DNA from: Telmatocola sphagniphila
Lineage (GTDB): Bacteria; Planctomycetota; Planctomycetia; Gemmatales; Gemmataceae
Direction: 5' to 3'
Assembly (NCBI RefSeq): GCF_018398935.1
Contig: NZ_CP074694.1
Coordinates: 3,270,001 to 3,302,000 of the forward strand
DNA length: 32,000 nucleotides
Each line of letters begins with the position of its first letter. Positions within the stretch are counted from its first letter, which is position 1. Of this stretch, positions 26,450 through 32,000 are shown in pieces. Under the pieces are notes generated by a model that made no database searches, was not told the origin of the DNA, and saw only the letters and a list, made by a program, of their open reading frames with translations. Both the position numbers and the translations under genes were made by a program.

Positions 26450-26832
26450 TCTTCTGTATCTACCGTGACTTCATTTACCGTTTCCAGTTTCAATTGAGCG
26501 AAAATATCTTCCAATCGCTTGAGACTTGCATTGAGCGATTGCGCGGCCATTTCATAATTCGTATGCGGCGAGAAATTCTTGTAGTTTGCCGAGTAGTAGT
26601 CGGCTACCTTCCGAAGCTTAGGTAATTTCCCCCGTAAGCGACGCAGATATTTGGCGTAATCGCCGGACAAAAAAGAGGGTTCTACCGCGCGAATCGAATC
26701 GTAAAGCGTCCGGGGAACTTCCAGCATTTCTGCATCGTCCTGAATTTCTTCCGCATGCTTCAGAAAGGTGCGAATCATCCAAAGGTGGGCAAGTACACCG
26801 TTTAGTTCGCCGATGGCTTCCGTTGGAGTCAT
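26443..26832 (-). CDS. Hypothetical helical protein (129 aa)
   Basis: An uninterrupted ORF 5 nt downstream of the FmdB-like gene on the same strand. It is predicted to be all-helical by composition. I recognise no family. Confidence 0.5.
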   Translation of the reverse strand: MTPTEAIGELNGVLAHLWMIRTFLKHAEEIQDDAEMLEVPRTLYDSIRAVEPSFLSGDYAKYLRRLRGKLPKLRKVADYYSANYKNFSPHTNYEMAAQSLNASLKRLEDIFAQLKLETVNEVTVDTEDQ

Positions 26833-26837
26833 AAAAA

Positions 26838-27137
26838 TCAGTTCACATCGTCCCGGGAAATGACATCGGGTCCGCTGCCCGCCGTTTTTTCGTAGTAGCC
26901 GCCTCCCGCTTTTTTGTACTGCGTAAAACCCAGATTCGTCAAATTCTTAGGAGCCAGCGAACCGGCCCCGATATCTGTAAATTTTCCGGCGATTCGCGGA
27001 GCAGAAAGCAGCCGACGAACAGGTTTGCCATTTTCGGGGTGCTGGGTTAAGGGTGCTTCGCTCATGCCCTGGAGGGTCTCAAAAACTTCACCTTCGCTAC
27101 CATCGGCTTCGATGACTTGATAAACATAAAGGGGCAT
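26838..27137 (-). CDS. FmdB-like small protein lacking the zinc-ribbon cysteines
   Basis: MPLYVYQVIEADGSEGEVFETLQGMSEAPLTQHPENGKPVRRLLS parallels the FmdB/CxxC_CxxC_SSSS pattern MPxYEYxCxxCGxxFE...CPxCG...RL. All four Cys positions are replaced. Confidence 0.5.
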   Translation of the reverse strand: MPLYVYQVIEADGSEGEVFETLQGMSEAPLTQHPENGKPVRRLLSAPRIAGKFTDIGAGSLAPKNLTNLGFTQYKKAGGGYYEKTAGSGPDVISRDDVN

Positions 27138-27270
27138 CGGTATCTACCTCCGGGAGTAGAGTGATATTGGTTTACTTCTATTATACCACATCTGGTATCA
27201 ACGACTTCGACCTTGCAAGACTGGCTCGCAACCCAGGCGATCCATTTAATGATTCGGTAGGATTAAACCG

Positions 27271-27942
27271 ATGATTCCGCTTATCCCGGTTATCGACATC
27301 CAGAATGGGATCGTCGTACACGGTATTGCTGGGAACCGAGCGAATTACCTGCCTCTCAAAAGCGTCTGGACCGAATCCACGGATCCCCTCGAAGTTGCTC
27401 AAAAACTTTGGGATCTTTATGCCCCGCCGGCAGTTTATATAGCTGATCTCGATGCAATCTCGGGGAAGCGACCAAATACCGCACTCTACGAGGCCTTGAT
27501 TCGGCGAGATATCCACTTCTGGCTCGATGCAGGACCAGCCGGTCTGGATATCCCATCCACGCGAACGATCCATGCTTTGGAATGGCTGAAGGAATTCCAA
27601 GCTGAAGAGGATACGGCAATTTTTTCGCTCGACCTCCGAAACGGATTTCCCCTTCGAGCTGACCCGCGCTGGCCGGAAGATCCCTTGGAAATTGCCTTTC
27701 GAGCGGTTGAAGCGGGCTATCGGGAATTGTTACTTCTGGATCTCATGAGAGTGGGAACCGGACTGGGACTCAACACGGAGCCCCTGGCTCAGAAACTTAG
27801 AAACAAATATCCGGCACTTCGGTTGATGCTGGGCGGCGGCATTCGAAGCCACGAGGATATTAATCGTTTGGAACCTTTGGGCCTGGCAGGAGTACTGGTG
27901 GCTTCGGCTCTGCACGACGGTTCCATCCGGCCGCGGCATTAG
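27271..27942 (+). CDS. HisA/HisF-family (beta/alpha)8-barrel protein
   Basis: MIPLIPVIDIQNGIVVHG resembles the HisA/HisF N-terminus. The C-terminal phosphate-binding-like segment is LMLGGGIRSHEDI...GVLVASALH. At 223 aa it is shorter than bona fide HisA/HisF. Confidence 0.65.
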   Translation: MIPLIPVIDIQNGIVVHGIAGNRANYLPLKSVWTESTDPLEVAQKLWDLYAPPAVYIADLDAISGKRPNTALYEALIRRDIHFWLDAGPAGLDIPSTRTIHALEWLKEFQAEEDTAIFSLDLRNGFPLRADPRWPEDPLEIAFRAVEAGYRELLLLDLMRVGTGLGLNTEPLAQKLRNKYPALRLMLGGGIRSHEDINRLEPLGLAGVLVASALHDGSIRPRH

Positions 27943-27949
27943 AATTCGA

Positions 27950-28441
27950 CTATTTGCGCCATTCGTAGGTGGCGGATTGACCGAAACTTTCTTCGATCTC
28001 GACTCGAAGAACATCGGGTACGAAATGGTGCTTCTGCTCGAGCTCTTCGAGCAGCTTGACGGCCAGATATCTTCCCAGCAATTCGGCAGTAGTATTTTCG
28101 ATCGGCAGAAGAACGCATTCACTTCGAGGGAATACCCATTCCCGATCCTTGTAGGAAACATGGACTTGAGGACCGACCTCTTTGATTTTGATGTGCGGAT
28201 TCCTTGTCGGCAACATCATGAAGTGATCCAGCTCATCCGTTAACCGACGGCCAATATTTTTCAGCGTCACGAAGTCGAACAGGTAATAGCTGGGATCGAG
28301 CGGCCCTTCGAGTTCAATGGCCGCCCGGTAATTGTGGCCGTGCAGCCGTTCGCATTGATCCCCATCATAAGTTATGAAATGCCCGGAGCAGAACACGAGG
28401 TAGTCTTTCGTGACGCGGACGGTGTAGCGTTCGGTTGCCAT
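27950..28441 (-). CDS. 6-pyruvoyl-tetrahydropterin synthase (PTPS/QueD) family protein
   Basis: FCSGHFITYDGDQCERLHGHNYR carries the C-x3-HGH zinc/active-site signature. The ATG at 28441 (MATERYTV) is preferred over the TTG at 28450. Confidence 0.8.
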   Translation of the reverse strand: MATERYTVRVTKDYLVFCSGHFITYDGDQCERLHGHNYRAAIELEGPLDPSYYLFDFVTLKNIGRRLTDELDHFMMLPTRNPHIKIKEVGPQVHVSYKDREWVFPRSECVLLPIENTTAELLGRYLAVKLLEELEQKHHFVPDVLRVEIEESFGQSATYEWRK

Positions 28442-28446
28442 CGTTC

Positions 28447-29310
28447 TCAATTCGAATATTCAGTCCAGGTAAATGGTATCGTCAAGTCTACCTTATTTGT
28501 CCGGAGCCAGACGAACAAGGAAGCGGTGATGAGATCCGCGGTAGTTCCGGGATTGAGCCTGTTACCTTCGGAGCGAAGGTAGGCATCGAGTTCGCGATAT
28601 CGCAGGCGATTTGCTGCGGATTGAAGATCAGACATCGATAGTTCGTAAGCTTTGCGGGCAATTTCGTTCTCTCTCTCCTTCCCGACTTTTCTTCGAATCA
28701 ATGTATCTCCTACACCTAAAAAGATGAGTTGAAGTTCGAGAATTGACTGCTCCATTGTCAGGCCCTGCGCAAGCCATCCCGTAAAGAATCCGGATGCCCC
28801 AATCACGGATATGAAATTGCAGCCTTCGTGATACTGTGCGGCCACGCCATCTCGATCGCTGGCCATCTGCATCACTGCCTGAAGATTCAGGGTCGGGGGT
28901 TTTGCAACGTCCTGATCCTCGACTTTCCCCATCCCTCCAGGGCTGGCGAGGCGTATCGCCTGATAGACGTTTTCGGCATCCTGTACAGTTGTCGCCGACA
29001 AAAGCTTCCATAGATATTCCGATTCGAATATTTCAACTTTGGATAGTGGTACTAAAAGCAGGACTATCCCCAGATTCGTGTTTGTATTCACGACTCTTCG
29101 AGTGGCTTTGATGCATTCGAGTACCGTTTCCCCTATGGGAGCATCGACCATATTGGCAATCACAGGGGCGATTGCGTGAGCACTCTGGACGAAGTCGAGA
29201 TAGGTGAGGTCGTCGAAATCCCGGTATCGATGTACATTTCCCGCTTTGCGAGCCGTCGCCTCCCAAAGGCATGCGGTAAATACGGCTTGTTCCAAATTCA
29301 GTTGAATCAT
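28447..29310 (-). CDS. Triphosphoribosyl-dephospho-CoA synthase (CitG/MdcB)-like protein
   Basis: 287 aa. ACLWEATARKAGNVHRYRDFDDLTYLDF resembles the CitG-family N-terminal block. The start overlaps the upstream ATP-grasp stop (ATGA at 29307-29310). Confidence 0.7.
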   Translation of the reverse strand: MIQLNLEQAVFTACLWEATARKAGNVHRYRDFDDLTYLDFVQSAHAIAPVIANMVDAPIGETVLECIKATRRVVNTNTNLGIVLLLVPLSKVEIFESEYLWKLLSATTVQDAENVYQAIRLASPGGMGKVEDQDVAKPPTLNLQAVMQMASDRDGVAAQYHEGCNFISVIGASGFFTGWLAQGLTMEQSILELQLIFLGVGDTLIRRKVGKERENEIARKAYELSMSDLQSAANRLRYRELDAYLRSEGNRLNPGTTADLITASLFVWLRTNKVDLTIPFTWTEYSN

Positions 29311-30176
29311 TTTCGGATCGCTTTCAGCATTTCCTTCGCGACATCGACGCCGCAGGTTGGGGCGATATGCCGCCAGCCGGGAACGGCATTGACTTCGAGA
29401 ACGAATTCTTCACCCGAGGGAGATTGCAGAATATCTACGCCAACCGCCCAGCCTTGAACGGCATGCGCGGCCCGAATAGCGCGTTCTTCCTGTGCCGCGG
29501 AGAGTTTTACCACTTCGGAAACCGCACCACGGGAGCAATTGGTTCGCCAGTCGGTCTGGGAGGATCTTTTCATGGCAGCCAGTACTCGACCGTCCAGTAT
29601 GAAAACGCGGATGTCGTAGCCCGGATGTGGAATGAACTCCTGCTGGTAGATGACAGCTTGCGAACGCTCCAGGGTTCGGAAAGTCCGCCAGGCTAAATCG
29701 GGATCGTGCACACGTAAAATTCCCCGTCCTTCCGAGCCAAATATCGGCTTGATCACCACTTCCTGTCCGAGAATTTCATACCCCTCCATAGCTGCCTCCG
29801 CCGTTTGGGAGACATGAGTTCGCGGCACACAAATTCCGGCTTTCGCCAGCATGACCAGAGTCAGATACTTATCGATACAAATTTCCAGGCATCGAGTCCG
29901 ATTGTAAACCGAGCAACCGGCGAGCTCTCGCTGGTAAAGCGCGTTCATGCGAAAGATCACCTGTTCCAGGGATCCGAGCGGCATGGTTCGAACGATTAAA
30001 GCCAGACAATTCGCAAAAGCGTCAATTGATTTCCCAGGCAATTTTCGCTGGACCACGGAAGCCTGCAAACTTTCGTGTGAGAACTGTTTCACTTCCATCC
30101 TGAGCTCCCCGGCGGCGCGCAACAGGTCGCGAACGTGCCAGCCCCGGCCGGAAGATACTATCCCAATGGTTTCCAT
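29307..30176 (-). CDS. RimK-like ATP-grasp ligase (alpha-L-glutamate ligase family, MptN/orf5/orf17-like)
   Basis: ATP-grasp core blocks are VVIKPIFGSEGRGI, YQQEFIPHPGYDIRVFILDGRVLAAMKR and AVGVDILQSPSGEEFVLEVNAVPGW. The ATG at 30176 (METIGIVSS) is preferred over the TTG at 30221. Confidence 0.75.
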   Translation of the reverse strand: METIGIVSSGRGWHVRDLLRAAGELRMEVKQFSHESLQASVVQRKLPGKSIDAFANCLALIVRTMPLGSLEQVIFRMNALYQRELAGCSVYNRTRCLEICIDKYLTLVMLAKAGICVPRTHVSQTAEAAMEGYEILGQEVVIKPIFGSEGRGILRVHDPDLAWRTFRTLERSQAVIYQQEFIPHPGYDIRVFILDGRVLAAMKRSSQTDWRTNCSRGAVSEVVKLSAAQEERAIRAAHAVQGWAVGVDILQSPSGEEFVLEVNAVPGWRHIAPTCGVDVAKEMLKAIRK

Positions 30177-30347
30177 CCCTTTTTCATAGCGGAATTGAGT
30201 CTTTCGACTCTCCCACTTCAAAATTGGCTTCAGCGGAAAAATGTAAGAATTTAATTCACTTCCAAAAATAGCGGGTTAAACTCTACAGGATGAAACGAGG
30301 GGAGCCTCGCAACAAATTAATATCCACTTATATGATTGGAGTGTATA

Positions 30348-30530
30348 ATGGCGAAATTTGAAGTCTACAAGGATAAGGCGGGAGAGTTCCGCTGGCGCTT
30401 CGTAGCCACTAACGGACGGATTATTGCCGTTTCCAGTGAAGGCTACAAGAGCAAGAATCATTGCACTCATGGAATCGATCTGATCCTAACCGAGGGGAAA
30501 AAAGCCCCAGTGGAAGATATCAAGAAGTGA
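30348..30530 (+). CDS. YegP/DUF1508-family small protein
   Basis: MAKFEVYKDKAGEFRWRFVATNGRIIAVSSEGYKSKNHCTHGI is the classic DUF1508 repeat. GGAG lies 8 nt upstream of the ATG at 30348. Confidence 0.8.
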   Translation: MAKFEVYKDKAGEFRWRFVATNGRIIAVSSEGYKSKNHCTHGIDLILTEGKKAPVEDIKK

Positions 30531-30571
30531 TAGTTCGAATCGATTTTTTTCGCTGGATTCTACCAGGATTA

Positions 30572-32000
30572 TTATCGCCCAATTCCGCCCCCGGCGGCCG
30601 GTCCAAATAAGCCGGAGCCAGTACCGCGACTTGCCAAGAGGTTGGGAACCACTTCAAACTGGAAGCCGAAGTTATTGAGGATCGCGTTGTAATTGAAGCC
30701 GAAATTGATCGTCAAGTCCGTACCCGTTCGGGAGAACATCAGAGTGTTGGACAGACTCTGATTCAGGCCGAAGTCGTAGGTAGTACTTGCGATGATTGAA
30801 TACTTCTGACTGAACACGTATTGCACGCTGGCGGTCAAGGCTTTGGAACGCACCGGGTCGAACTGACGGTAGCCGATGTAGAAGCTGGTGCGATCGGGCC
30901 GATTGAGATACGTTCCGATATTCCAATAACTCACCCCTGGATCGTACGGATCGAACCAACCGCTGGAGGTAATGCCCGTCCGGTCGCCGACGTACCAGTA
31001 GGAATCATATTCCAGGAACGAGACATTATGACCGAAGTTATCCCTGTTCTTATCGGGGAAGATACTTGCCGACAGGTCTAAGGTCAACCAGTCGACGGTA
31101 TGCTCCATCCCCGGGTAGCCGCGTTTGGTCTGCCATCGCTGATTCACGTCCAATTGCAAAATTTGAATGCTATCCAAGGTATCCGGGCTGGTATCCAAAA
31201 GCCGTCGGACCGCATAAGTCTGCGGATCGTAATAAGGCGAGTTGGCCAGAGCATAGCCCTTATATCCCGGCACATAAGCCGTCTGGAAGGGATGGATATC
31301 CCGCAAGGCCATATCTGTCGCGTCATCATTCAACCGATCCAATTGGGGAAGTTGATCATGCCCCACGTTGGTCCAGGCGTTGAAGTAGTTGGCACCGAAA
31401 GTGATTTTGTGATTCAAACCGTTCAGGTTGAGCAATTCACTTTCGACGTCGGAGTACAATTGCGACATCGGCAGGCTCGTTCGCACCCCGCCGCCACCGT
31501 AAAACCGGCCGACATCCTGCCCCTGTAAGTCATTGCTGTAGTAGGCCAGATCGACCTTCGCATACGGGACGACTTTCACAGGTCCGGCATTGAAAGGCAA
31601 GCTGATTTCCTGCATCACATCGAAGCGACCCGTGCTGGTTTTCTGATCGGTAGGCTCGTAGGGAAACGGCAGAGTATTGATCTGCCCCGGTGGAGAGAAT
31701 GGCGAAAGCGTTGTACGGGCCGGATTCAACTGGGCGTAACCCGCGCTGCCCCAGGCGTTATATGTGAAGGTATCGAAGAACGATTGGCCGAGCCAGTAGC
31801 CACTCGCTTTAGGCAACCAGTTGGTTTCGGTAACCCAGAAGCGATCGAAATTCGCCTTACCCAGAACGGAGACTGCACCGATGCCATCCTGATATTTCAG
31901 GTAGCCGAAGGATTCGAGGTTATCGCCCGAATCGAATTCCGGCTTGTAGTAAGATTCCAGAAAGCGCGGATCGCTCAGATGAGCGATCTGACCCATGAAC
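30572..32000 (-). CDS. Outer-membrane beta-barrel protein, LptD/OstA-like C-terminal region (5' end outside the window)
   Basis: The alternating aromatic/polar beta-strand pattern runs to the C-terminus (ASVQYVFSQKYSIIASTTYDF...LTINFGFNYNAILNNFGFQFEVVP). The frame is open to the window edge. The LptD assignment is tentative. Confidence 0.45.
   Translation of the reverse strand, partial: FMGQIAHLSDPRFLESYYKPEFDSGDNLESFGYLKYQDGIGAVSVLGKANFDRFWVTETNWLPKASGYWLGQSFFDTFTYNAWGSAGYAQLNPARTTLSPFSPPGQINTLPFPYEPTDQKTSTGRFDVMQEISLPFNAGPVKVVPYAKVDLAYYSNDLQGQDVGRFYGGGGVRTSLPMSQLYSDVESELLNLNGLNHKITFGANYFNAWTNVGHDQLPQLDRLNDDATDMALRDIHPFQTAYVPGYKGYALANSPYYDPQTYAVRRLLDTSPDTLDSIQILQLDVNQRWQTKRGYPGMEHTVDWLTLDLSASIFPDKNRDNFGHNVSFLEYDSYWYVGDRTGITSSGWFDPYDPGVSYWNIGTYLNRPDRTSFYIGYRQFDPVRSKALTASVQYVFSQKYSIIASTTYDFGLNQSLSNTLMFSRTGTDLTINFGFNYNAILNNFGFQFEVVPNLLASRGTGSGLFGPAAGGGIGR

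Noticed and set aside
30531-30571. Possible terminator after the yegP-like gene (TCGAATCGA followed by T7).
   Set aside because: The stem is only about 4 bp and AT/CG mixed, which is too weak to call a rho-independent terminator.
1-32000. CRISPR arrays, rRNA genes, prophage or toxin-antitoxin/defence cassettes.
   Set aside because: I noticed no regularly spaced direct repeats, rRNA-like segments or recognisable defence, phage or toxin gene families while reading both strands.

Overview
This 32 kb segment is most consistent with a Planctomycetota chromosome. That placement is an inference from gene content: a DUF1559 prepilin-like gene paired with a small lipoprotein, a ThuA-like secreted protein, and archaeal-like H4MPT/methanofuran C1 genes. 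I can support about 31 protein-coding genes, one tRNA-CAU, one intact ISL3-family insertion sequence and one clear bidirectional terminator.

Housekeeping genes are cobL, hemE, ilvB, an mgtE-family gene and a P-II gene. They are interleaved with poorly understood modules:
- a circularly permuted ATP-grasp plus alpha-E pair (1.7-4.1 kb);
- a DUF1559 gene interrupted by an in-frame TAG, next to its lipoprotein partner (6.6-8.2 kb);
- an ISL3 element (8664-10087) with 8-bp target duplications, inserted in an AT-rich non-coding island, with its transposase split at an A8 run;
- a MarR / flavin-halogenase-like / cation:proton antiporter string (14.5-17.7 kb);
- a P-II gene lacking both classical T-loop modification residues and translationally coupled to a divergent receiver-like gene (17.75-18.4 kb);
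- an isolated fhcA/fwdA-like gene (18.5-20.2 kb);
- a tight four-gene operon of alpha/beta hydrolase, SAM methyltransferase, bacterial GH3 and ADP-ribosylglycohydrolase (22.3-26.4 kb), which I rank as the best candidate for an undescribed system;
- an H4MPT-cofactor-biosynthesis-like cluster of RimK-like ATP-grasp, CitG-like, PTPS-like and HisA/F-like genes (27.3-30.2 kb).

I saw no CRISPR array, rRNA or obvious defence genes. All functional calls rest on motif and family recognition by eye; no searches were run.
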